Positions 1 to 12,200 of a stretch of 64,000 bases of DNA are shown here, piece by piece. The position numbers and the translations under genes are program-made. The DNA comes from Tubulanus polymorphus (Eukaryota; Animalia; Nemertea). The notes under the pieces are model-generated. The model saw only the letters and a program-made list of their open reading frames with translations, searched no databases and was not told where the DNA came from. The stretch lies in contig NC_134031.1 of NCBI RefSeq assembly GCF_964204645.1, positions 8,246,001-8,310,000 of the forward strand. The letters run 5' to 3'. Position 1 is the first letter of the stretch. Every line of letters starts with the position of its first letter.

Positions 1-68
1 CAAACCATTCTTAGTTGAGGGCAAAATTGTATTTCAGTATCAGTTTTCGAAATTCATTGTTTACTTAC

Positions 69-269
69 AGCAATGCTTAGCTCATCTTCTGTGTTAATAT
101 CAATTGATAATGATAGGTCATCAGCTGGTTCATCTGCTTTCTGTTTGATTTTTGCTTTCACCTGTTGAGTAGACTGCTTCAATTTTTCTAGTTCCTGCTG
201 TTGTAACCATAGAAACTTGCGTTCCTTTCTTGCCATCTCCTGCGCTTCACGTAGTCGCTTAATCTCACT
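69..269 (-). CDS. CEP350: CEP350 exon 28 (SEIKRLREAQ...)
   Basis: ttttcag/gtaagt; conserved EIKRL motif. Confidence 0.9.
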
Positions 270-3200
270 CTGAAAAACAATACAGTAGATGATTGACAAA
301 AATTGCATCCTCGGGGCATAATTTGGAATCTGTAATAAGGATATTCTTGGTAAGGAATCATACATGGTACTTCTTCCTTTAATGACAACAATTTATGTGG
401 GTGAATCAATGGTAGATCACAATATCCGTGATAAAACGATACGAGTAAAATCCCACAATAAAAGAATTAGATGATAAAATGTTTATTAAAACATATAAGA
501 AATATTTCGGGTGGTTACTACCACCCTTCTTCAGTCTAAAATGACTTGCCAAATACAGTATTAATACATGAAATATGAAATATTTTATCATCTGTTTCTA
601 TTTTATCATCTAATTCTTTTATTGTGGGATTTTACTCGTAATTTATGTGGGTATGTGCTTTTTCTAGAAGTTTTGTGCATTTTTATTGATCAGGACAGGT
701 AGCCACTAATTTATATCTAAATCATGAACTGGTATATAAATCTAATTGATTTATTTATTCAAATATGTATTTTTTGTTGGTTATCACTTCAACTATCAGC
801 ATCTGAAAAAAATCTAACCTTCTCTTGTTGCATTCTTTGAATGATAATCTTCTGTTTTTTTTTAATAAGAGGATAAGCATCATCAGCCCTTTTATCTTTT
901 ATGTTACGAGTCTGTTGGCTCAGCCAAGCCAGTTCAGCTTTAGTTTTTTCACGCAATGCTTTCTCTCGCAGCTTCAGCAGTGCAGCCTGAATGAATAAGA
1001 AAACTTTGTCAGAAAATAGCGTTACTGGCTAGTTTATACTCAACTTAATTGTTCCCTGATTATTTTCACATTTTTTCTATTTCCTACGATAAGTCATTGC
1101 CCAATCAACATATTGTCTTTTTTGAGACGATATTCCAACACAAATGGAGCAGTCATTTAAACCATCCCTGAGATCCAAGTGTATGATATTATGATATCGA
1201 ACATCAAAAATTGAAACATAATCTAACCACCCGACAACATGAATAATGCACCAACTTCCATTGAAGTAGTAGAAGAAAAAAATATGCTGAATTATTTCTT
1301 AAAGTGCATGTGCTGTATGGACTGTCTGCTTCTAACTAGACTAAACTTAACCATATTCATTACTAGTGACCCCATAACTAGAAATTTTCAAAATTGCTCC
1401 AGTATTGGCAGATTAACCCATTAGCACTCAAGCCGCCCGTATCCGCCCGTCTTTTACTCCTAAATCCGCCCCAGCACTTTTTTCGTATGCTGCACGAAAA
1501 CGGTTATAGTGGGATTCCAACCCAATAGCTTATGATAACCTACGGGGGGGGGGGGCCAAAAGGACACGATTTTGAGTGGCCCACCTCATCAAATCTTACA
1601 TCATACGAAAGCCTTGATTATTTACTACAAAATAACACTAACTTGTAATGCATGAAAATAAACAGCAAATAAGCTATTTGGTATCGTGATGATCTTGGAT
1701 TTTACCTTGAATTTTCTGAGGAGTAATTGATGCTACATAGTGAAATTCCTGAGTGCTAATGGGTTAAAGAGGTTTTAGTAGTGGAGAAGTTAATGGGATA
1801 CCAAATATGATACCTGATGTTTTGCTCTCATTTCCTCTTCTTTCATGTACTGCTTTACCATTTCAGATGTGAACTTGCTGAACTCATTTTCTCCGTGGAA
1901 AGGAACACTAACATCATCAAGTGTTAACTTTGAACTTCCAGCTATGAATATGAAAATCATATATATCCATGATCACAAAAATTTCAGAAAATTTAGAACT
2001 CATGAATACAATACAAAACATTTTTGTAGATTCAAACATAGAAATCTTTTTTCAAAGATTCCAATCTACTTACAAAGATGGAAATCGTCTGAAGAAACAG
2101 AGGCAGGGTCTGATTTCTGATCATCTTTTTTCACCTGCAGGCGATGGCCTTCTGAAGGCAGAACCATACGAAATGAGTGTTCTTCAATCTCATCTTCGGT
2201 CATAGTTTCATCAAAACTCAGTGAAAAATCTATAAAACATGTACAGAAAATGTGTTCAAATTACCAGATATCAAATTACTTGTTGTTGGTCACTGGGATT
2301 TGATGGACTGAAATGGTTATGAGGTCAACTATTCTACAAACCTCCTTTTTCACTGGGTAGCTCCTCCGAAATGCTTTCAGTTTTATCTTGAACATCAGCT
2401 TCAACAGCAGGATCGGTTCTTATGATGGAATCATTAACATCTTTACTTTGAGACACATCATGTGCAGTTTTCACGGTAGAATCCGAATGATTAGACTGAG
2501 GCAAACTGTTACGTGCAAAAAAGATAGAAAGATCAACCATACATATTTCATTCAAGCTTAACATTAAGGGTTTAAGTGATACAATGTACTTGAAAGTCTT
2601 ACTCCTTTTTAAATGTGTCAGTCTTTGTGGTGCTATCAAAGGTTTCTGTATAACTGGTACGGCTACTCATAGAGACAGGTTCCTGTTGTCGACGATTTCC
2701 TTTAGTCTCTATCAATGCAGCCTTCACTGCGGCTGTCGCAGCAGCTGAAGCAGTCTCTGTAGCCAGACGTAATGCATCTTCTGGGAGAACAGCATTAGTG
2801 TTTTGAGTTTTCGGTGTCACTTCAGATGTGGCTTTCATTGCCTGAGCTTGGGCATCGAGTAACTGCTTTGTGGATTGCTGCAATGCTAATGCACTCTCCT
2901 GGCGAACCTACAAATACCAATTGAATAAAGAATCAAGAGACACCATGCCCACTTGGAAGTAGTAAGAAATGCTAGACAATCTGATAATTTCAATATTCAA
3001 CACTATTGAATATATACAGATAACAACTAGCTTGAAACTCACTGAAATCATAGGACATGTCATTAGTTACAATTTTGTAATTGAATGTCATAACAAAATA
3101 AGCATAGATCCAAACTAGGGGTCTAGTGACATCATGCCCACTTGGGAAGAAGTTTCAAATGCTCAACAATCTAACAATTTCAATATTCAACACCCCCTGG

Positions 3201-6200
3201 TGACCATATACAAAAACCAATGACCTTGAAACTCACTACAATCATAGAACATGTCAGCAGCTACGATTTTGTAATTGATTGTGATGACAAAATATGTCTC
3301 GTTACCAACTTAATATGGAAATACTAACTTATTCTACTATTCAACGCCCCCTGGTGACCATATGCAAAACCCAATCACCTTGAAACTCACCACAATCACA
3401 GAACATGTCATGAACTACAACTTTGCATTTGATCATGGTAACAAAATATGTCTAGGTAAGAATCTAATAAGGAAATACTAAGTTATCCTACTACTCAACG
3501 CCCCATGGTGACCACATAGAATATCTTACGTCCTTAAAACTCACCACAATCAAATACGATGTCATGAGCTACAACTTTGCAATTGATTGTAGTAACAAAA
3601 TATGCATAGATACAAATATAATATAGAAATACTAAGTTATTGTATCATTCAATGCCCTCTGGTGGCAATATACAACTAGGGGTACAGGGACACCATGCCC
3701 ACTTGTGAAGTGGTTTCAAATGCTTAACAATATAACAATTTCAATATTCAACGCCCCCTGGTGGCCATATACAAAACCAATGACCTTGAAACTCACCAAA
3801 ATCATAGAACACGGCATGGGCTACAACTTTCCAATTGATTGTAGTAACACAATATGCTTAGGTATCAATATAGTGTGGAAAAACTTTTTCCCACCTACGA
3901 ATGAGTACTGATGACACCAAGATGGCGGCACAATTGCATCATAATTGGCTGATCAAGAATACCTGTCTCAGGTATAAAACATCCCTTTCCAAAGAATACC
4001 CATCACAAATTGCAATGAGAAATGGCAAACGAGTAGGAAGCTACAGGACTCAGAATTCATGCCAAACTTGACATTTTTGGGCACGAAAAAGGTCACAGGA
4101 CGGCCATCTTCAGTCCGATTGACCCAATTTTTCTATGCAGAAGCCAATGATATAGAAAATTACCACAATCATAGAAAGTGTCATGGTCTACAACTGAGCT
4201 AATGATTACGAATCGTGAATAGTGTAAATATTTAATATATTTCAATATTCAACTCCCCTGGTGGTGTGAAAAATTGACTGGGTAATCCCAATTCCATGTG
4301 AGGAGATATCTCCTATAACAGCGCTAACAATAATCAAATATCAAGACTATGAGTTGAAATCTGTTCCACAAAATGTTTCCACTATGGATACTTTTAGCTG
4401 ACACCGAAACAAAGTTCACCCAGGAAGAAAGACACTCTAAATATTTGGATGGATATATGAAAGCTGTGGTTACTGGAGTGTGTAATGGGTAGTGTAGTGT
4501 GATCTGTGTGCATTTGTGGCCAGCACACAGATCACATTGTTCAATGGGGTTTGGTCCAGGACTCGCGAGATTTTCAACAACACGGAAGTAACGTGTAATA
4601 AATGATGACTTGAATTGCATGACTACCTACCACCCCTCATTATTGTTGGAAAACTAAACGTTCGGCACTGACTAACTAGGGGTCCAGGGACACCATGCCC
4701 ACTTGGGAAGTGGTTCCAAATGCTCAACAATCTAACAATTTCAATATTCAACGCCCCCTGGTGACCATATACAGAATCCAATGACGTTGAAACTCACCAC
4801 AATCATAGAACATGTCAGCAGCTACGATTTTGTAATTGATTGTGATAACAAAATATGCCTCGTTACCACTTAAATATGGAAATACTAAGTTATTCTACTA
4901 TTCAACGCCCCCTGGTGACCATATTCAAAACCCAATGACCTTGAAACTCACCACAATCATAGAACATGTCACGAACTACAACTTTGTAATTGATCATGGT
5001 AACAAAATATGCCGAGGTACCAATATAATAAGGAAATACTAAGTTATTCTACTATTCAACGCCCCCTGGTGACCATATAGAATAACTAATGGCCTTAAAA
5101 CTTGCCACAATCATAGATGATGTCATGAGCTACAACTTTGCAATTGATTGTGGTTACAAAATATGCATTGATACGAATATAATATAGAAATACTAAGATA
5201 TTGCATTATTCAACGCCCCCTGGTGGCCATATACAAAAACCAATGACCTCGAAACTCACCACAATCATAGAACACGTTATGAGCTGCAACTTTCTAAATG
5301 ATTGTAGTAACAAAATACGCTTAGGTATCAATATAATGTTGAAAAACTTTTTCCCACTTACGAATGAGTACTGCTGACACCAAGATGGCCGCCAATTGCG
5401 TCATAATTGGCTGATGAAAAATACCTGTCTCAGGTATAAAACATCCCTTTCCAACGAATATCCATCACAAATTGCAATGAGAAATGATAAACCAGTAGGA
5501 AGCTACAGGATTCAGAATTTGGGCCAAAATTAACGTTTTTGGGCACAAAAAAGGTCAAAGGACGGCCATCTTGAATCCGATGGACCCAATTTTTGTTATG
5601 CTGATGGGCCCTGGGGGAATTCATATATATCCGAAAGATCAAGGTAATTGATCAAAGCGTCTTCAAAATTTCCACAAAAAAAAAACACAAACACAAAAGT
5701 TCAAAAATGTGTAAAAAGTGCTGATTTTGGCGAACAACAATGGCTGCCAGTCGGCCATCTTGAATCTGACAGGGCCAGTTTTTGGGCTGAAGATGTATCT
5801 AGGGTAGATACATGTGTAACCCAAATATCAAGACATTACCTTGAAGCGTCTTCAAAACTTCCCAAAATAACTGGATTCCGTCTACGGACGGACGGATGCT
5901 ACGACGGACGAAAAGTGAACGCAATAGCCCGCTGGGACTAAAGTCCAAAGTGGGCTAAAAATTAGTAATAACATTTTAGAAATGGCCAGAATTTTAACTT
6001 AGGTTCTATCTCATTTTATTTTACAATTGCGATTGGTATAATTTTTTTTTAAACAGCCGTTAAGGCTTCATGTTTCGTCTGCAATTCACTGCAAATAGTT
6101 ACGCAACTACGCACATTTCAGTGTTTTTGGCAGCTGTACACTCAATCGGCACCGTTCGTGACTAGCTTCACTGCGGAATTATCATTAATTAACATCGCCA

Positions 6201-9200
6201 TATCACATCATCAACTTATATTGTGCCTTAAAACCCTAACAGCCGAAATAATTGAAATGCGCACACGATTTCTATCATTGAAAATTGAGAGAGTGGTTAG
6301 TTTGTGTTTGCTGCTTCGCGTAAATCCCGCGCGGTAGCGCAGCTGCGCGGAGTGGGGCCGATACGTCCAGCAGAGCCACGCAAGTGAGGAGACTGCTCTG
6401 AATGTCATCCTATTGGAATGCTTGAAAACTGAGGCAGGGCTTTATACAATCACTTTAAAGGCAAACAAAAACTGACCTCACAACATTTACACAATCAGAC
6501 CAAGTCATATCGGTAGTTTCGATTAGAGATGCATCTAACTATTACACCGAAGCATTCAGCCTTTTGATGAATGAGGAATGTAAAAAATATACTTCACATT
6601 TTCTCTCTGAATGAATTAATTACCTGGGCAATTGTTTCAGCTGTTGTAGTGGAAGCAGCCTCTACACGCTGACGGGACTCTTCTAATTGTCGGTTGGCTG
6701 CAAATGTTTCTTTCTGGGCTTTCATTTTAAGTGCTTGTAGCTCACGATCATGAGCCTGCTGTCGAGCCTAAATGAGATTAAACAGTTTACGCGTTACAAT
6801 CTACATTTCTCTTCCCTCGCGTAGTCACCTCAATTCCTTCATCGATGTAATGAATAGAATTGCTTGAAACTTAGGGTCCAGGGACACCAAGTCCACTTAA
6901 TAAGTGGTCTGAAATGCTAAACAATTTGAAAATTCAACACCCTGGTGAACATATGCAGAAACCAATGAAACCTTGAAACATGCCACATTCATAAAATGTG
7001 TCATAAGCTACAACTCTGCAATTGAATGTGTTGACAAAACATGCATAAATCCCAAAATAAATAAAAATACTACTTAATTTCACCATCCAACACCCTTTGG
7101 TAAATGTATGCAAAAACCGATGACCTTGAAAATCACCAAAATTATAGAAAATGTTTTGATCTACAACCTGGCTAATGATTATGATTACAAAATATTCATA
7201 CCGTATTTCCCGGCGAATAAGCCGATTTTCTAGCCTTGGATTTTTCCCCCAAAATATCATGATCGGCTTATTGGATGGATACGATCTGACCTAAATAATT
7301 ACTTCCCGAACTATGTCACTTTATGTCGCAGGCGCATATTGTCAGCCCCATAATCCGTCAATTAAGACAAACTAATTGACAAATCAGTGAATTAAAATCT
7401 CCTGATGAAGGGCCTCGGCTTATTGAGCAATGCATTAAGAAATCCATGTATTTTAGGCTAAAAAACTGCTCTAGGCTAATTCGCTGGAAAATACGGTAGG
7501 TACCAATATAAATAGAAATATTTAATACATCAATATTCAACTCCACCTGGTGGTGAGAACAACATACTGGATAAACACATGACCATCTGAGGAGATATGT
7601 CCTACGACAGTGTGCTAACTATCATCGAATATCAAGACTATAAGTTAAATCATATAGATATTTTTCTATGTAATATGAAAAACTATGTAGCAGCTTAAGA
7701 GGCCTAAGAATTCAGACCTCAAATAACCTCTCTTGAACAAATTAGGTCACAAGATAGCTACCCTGTTTTCAATAGGCCCACTTTTCTTGCCCTAAGGGGG
7801 GAAACATACACAAGATAATTGATCAATGCATCTTCAAAATTTCCCATGAAAACTTGAAACATGACAATGTGCAAATTGCTAATTTTGCCGAACAATGGTT
7901 TGCCAGATAGGACCAATTTTTGTCCTGATAATGCGGCTACGGTAGATACATATATAAACCAAACATGTAGACCATGCATCAGAGCACCAAAAACTCCCCA
8001 AGAAAACTAATTCAGTCTACAGATGGACAGACGCACAACCAGACAGAATGAATGTAATAGCCTGTTGGGACTAAAACATCAAATCCGATGATTTTTTCTA
8101 TTTGATGCATTTGCTGAATGCCACATAGATTTTAACTAAGATGATGTGGTATCTGACATGAATTAACATGACATTCTACTGTGATAGCAACATACAGACT
8201 TAAAATTCAGACATCTGAAAAAAGTTTTTATGATAAGGAAAATATGTAGTTGACCAACTTAATATCAAGCATGGTCATAATATTGCACATATATGCATGG
8301 TAAAACCTATCAATCATACCTTGAGGATTTGAGCCAGTGAAACAGTTTCCTGCTGTGCAAGTGAGACAGCTCGTGCTCGCTCAACATCAGTTAACTGTCG
8401 CACGGATTCTTCCATCCCGTCAAGAAGATTTAACTCAGCAGTTAGGCGGCGTTCGAGTGCACTTGGCGATAATCGGCCAGTTGTATCAACCGCGTATGGG
8501 TAACCAGTACGCAGCTGTCCTCTATCAGGACTACGTGAAAATGATGTCTGTACTGCAGCTGAACGTTGGTCTTCAGGTTGAGTTAAACTAGAAAGGTCTG
8601 AATTCACAGACATGTCACTTGAATGCTTAAGATCATTTCCTTGATTATTCCTAGAAAGAATTAATGATATTTTCACACTTACATTACCAAATACTATTGT
8701 AATACATGGACGAAGAAGATTTATTCGTCAGCTTAATTAATTGATTGATGTACTAACTCTGGTGTAGCTGTCGTTATTGATAATGTACTTGTTTCACTGG
8801 ATGGATCAGGTTTCTTATCAATGTGTACGCTGCTGTAAGATTTTGACTGATCAGATTTTCCCGTTCTGCTGAGATTTGACGAGTCAGTGACTGGTAATTG
8901 TGATGAATTCTTTTCTGATTCTGACAACCGTGACGACATTTCACTCATCTGCCTTTCACTGGTTAGTCTCTGCTCTCCACTGGTGTGTAGAGGTGTGACT
9001 AATTCAGTTTCTAAAGACTGACTAGACCGTGTGCGTCTGACTTGGGAGGTTTCTACCGGACTATGCTTTGCTGTTGCTGAAAAAGTCATATTCAATAAGA
9101 CGATAGAAATAATATGATTACATACTTCAGACTAATTACTTCATTGACTAAAGGTGGGTTAGGATCCACTTGAAACACAATCCAATTGGTTGTAACTGGT

Positions 9201-12200
9201 TGCAAATTTGTGCTTATGGCGACTGAGATACGATCGTCAGTGATAGAGTACAACTAGTCTCTACCAGGCGCAAAAGCCCTCAAATCGAAGTGACGTTGAC
9301 AGCAATAACTAGTCGCGTGATCAAAGGAAATGGTTTTGTACGATCATTTGCTTGAGGAATTCATGCATAAACCAAATATGAAGACCATTCATCGATCAAA
9401 GCGTGTTAACAACTCCCAAAGAAAACTAGATTCTGTTTACAGATGGACAGACGGACACAAAAACCTGCTAGGACTAGTCAGTGCGATGCCAGGGGGCAGT
9501 TGAAATCATTAGGCCTGAAAAAAGTCTTAAATTTCTACACCGGATAAGAATTATACACCAATTTTTACAGTACGTCAGTTTCGACTTCGGCTGGTATTGC
9601 CCATTGCAGGTCTCAGCATCATGGCCGGTGGAAGCTGAATTGTGCCATCCAGTTGCAAGGCTGACCTAAGGCCACCTTAAGGTTTTCTTTTTAGGAATGA
9701 ACGTTCTTTAGATATTCAAATATTTCAAGTTGCTGGTGTAGACAGAGTAAATACTATGTTCCATTATGAGCATATTCACCGTATTTAATATTAGACTAAA
9801 ATTGCTTACCATTTTTCTTGTGTAGTAATTGTCGCGTATAAATGCTGAGGACACTGTAAGGGTCTGGTTCTGGATCAACTGGTATCATGGGAGCAGAAGG
9901 CTTGGTACTTAGTGAATATCTTGGTGCGGGCGTGAAATTCACAGGTGATCGACGTGTTTTCAAAGAATACTGTAAATTAAGATATCAATCAATTCATAAA
10001 AGAGCAAAAGTAATGAATTTCTAAGAAAATGTTGGCATCTGATCAAATATTAGTACCTGACGATTACTGGCTTCAGGAATCAGAGTAGAATCAGCTGAAC
10101 CATCTAAACCAAAATCAGCCCAATTTTTCAAGTGTATATGTGTCTAGGATTAGGACAGATATGTGTATAAACTTAAGTTCAAGGCAGTCTTAACAAAATT
10201 TCAATTGCACCAATCAATAAATAAAGAGTAAAAACCTGTGCAGTATCTTCAAGTTTCTGAGGACGAGTATGATCACCAGTTGGTAACATCCAGTCCATAC
10301 TTTGTCTAACTGTGTAACCTCGGTAAGCCGCCTGGATCGTCTTCGCTGCTTCTTCAGCCTCAGTTTCTTCGAGTTTCCATCCCAAATCTCCAACGCCTAA
10401 AACAGTATTATACCATATCATCTTGTTGACAGATACTGCCGAGACAAAATTGAAACTCTGTATTGTAGGCCTACTCGAATGGCATACCTGGAAGATTATC
10501 GTCAAACACAACTTCCTTGGAGCCTGTGATTCTCTCTTGTCTCGTACGATAATCATTAGATACCTTCTCATCAGTAGAACCTCTAGTGGCAGCAATTGGT
10601 ACTACAAGTATAAAACAAAAGCTCCCAGTGCCAGATACTTTATCTAATATTAGGATAATTAATGCTAGCATTTCAAACACTGCCACAATGAGAATGTATA
10701 TAATTTTGTAGCCACAAAATTTTGCATAACCTGGTTGAAACTTGTACCCTCTATCTAAATAGATTAAAAGATGCACAACACGTCAGTTTGACGTCATACG
10801 TTCTGTGAACATTACAGTGATATCATTCTCCTGCCCAGGGGAGGATGCAATGATATATGACAAGTCATATGATAAAGCACTTTCAGGATTAAGTTATTCA
10901 AGCAGTTTCTACACAAGAGCCATCTAAATATGTTTCCAATGAATTCATATTCCATAAAAACGGATTCAATTTGTGTCTACACTAGATGCAAATGACTAAC
11001 AGGATAAGCAAACACTGGTGAGTTTTTTTTCGGTCATGGCAACCGGTTCTCTTGTAATTTATTGTTATGGTTTGGATGAGTCCTGTAAATATCACTTTGC
11101 ATCTATGTCACTTGAATTCAGATTAAATGAATGCGATGGATTGAGACCTGATTTTTCTTGTAGGTCACGCCAAATTTTCATTGGATGCCACTTTTTTACT
11201 AACATAGACATTCAGCATCTGCATCCACTCTCTAGTGTAGACAGGGCTCGCCATATCCAGGTAGACAAAAAGCAAACTTACATGCTAACATGCATATGAA
11301 TAATAGCTCACATTTAACAAGATACAGACAATTTGTGAGAATAGAATAAGATAGTGTATAAGTATTGGATGTTGCCATGGAACACTATAATTCATAGCAA
11401 AATATTTATCAAATCATTTCAAATGGAAATATTAGCACAGCATGTCTAACTAACCCAACCTAAAGAAAGAAATAATAAATTTCATATACATGCATTCATT
11501 AGAACTCAAACTAGGCTCTTTGAATTCAGACATTAATGATTGATATTTTCCAAACCACTATTAATTCTTTTGAATATACCAGTAGAACCATGCAATCTAA
11601 CAGAACAAGGGTTCACACAATTTCAATAATGATGCGTCCTACACCACAGTTACGTACCACGACGACAATTATATGGACAATAGTGATACCAATAGCAATT
11701 ATGAAGTACTGAAATATTGATAACAAACATATGAGTAATATTTACTAATAGACAAGGTCGGTAGAATTCCCATTTGTGGCTTAGCTTTATTGATTACGGG
11801 CAGATAACATTTCAATCAAAAATATTTTCAAAAAGTTAGTACAGTTGAACTTGCCTAAGTCGTCATAGTACGGACCATCATTGCTAATAACTTAAACTGG
11901 CTGTAAGATCTTTAAATGAGAAACTAACTGAAACATTTCTAAATATGCTCAGAGTAATCATCTAAAATGATAGTGGTTATTAGTGGTTATTATATACATG
12001 TACATACAGAAACCGATGAATCGTCGAGCAAGATATAGGCTACAGCCTTCAAAAGTTTTGTATTGATTTACAAATGGAAATGATTTCACTTAAAACGCAT
12101 CCTTGTGACCCAAATTCTATGAAAAGTGTCCAATGACAATGCTGCTAAATCTATATAAGTAGAAGCCGTAAAACCTTCAGGGCAGCCAATCTTACTAAAT

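Noticed and set aside
4740-5340. Regularly spaced repeats resembling a CRISPR array
   Set aside because: The whole 154-bp unit repeats with no unique spacers, the context is a eukaryotic intron, and no cas genes are present.
5430-5941. Recurrent ORFs (WAEDVSRVDT..., FLVPKNVNFGP...)
   Set aside because: Chance frames in family A repeat copies, not maintained between copies.
11000-11260. Possible additional CEP350 exon
   Set aside because: The minus-strand frame I read hits a stop, I found no convincing splice pair, and the model is in phase without it.
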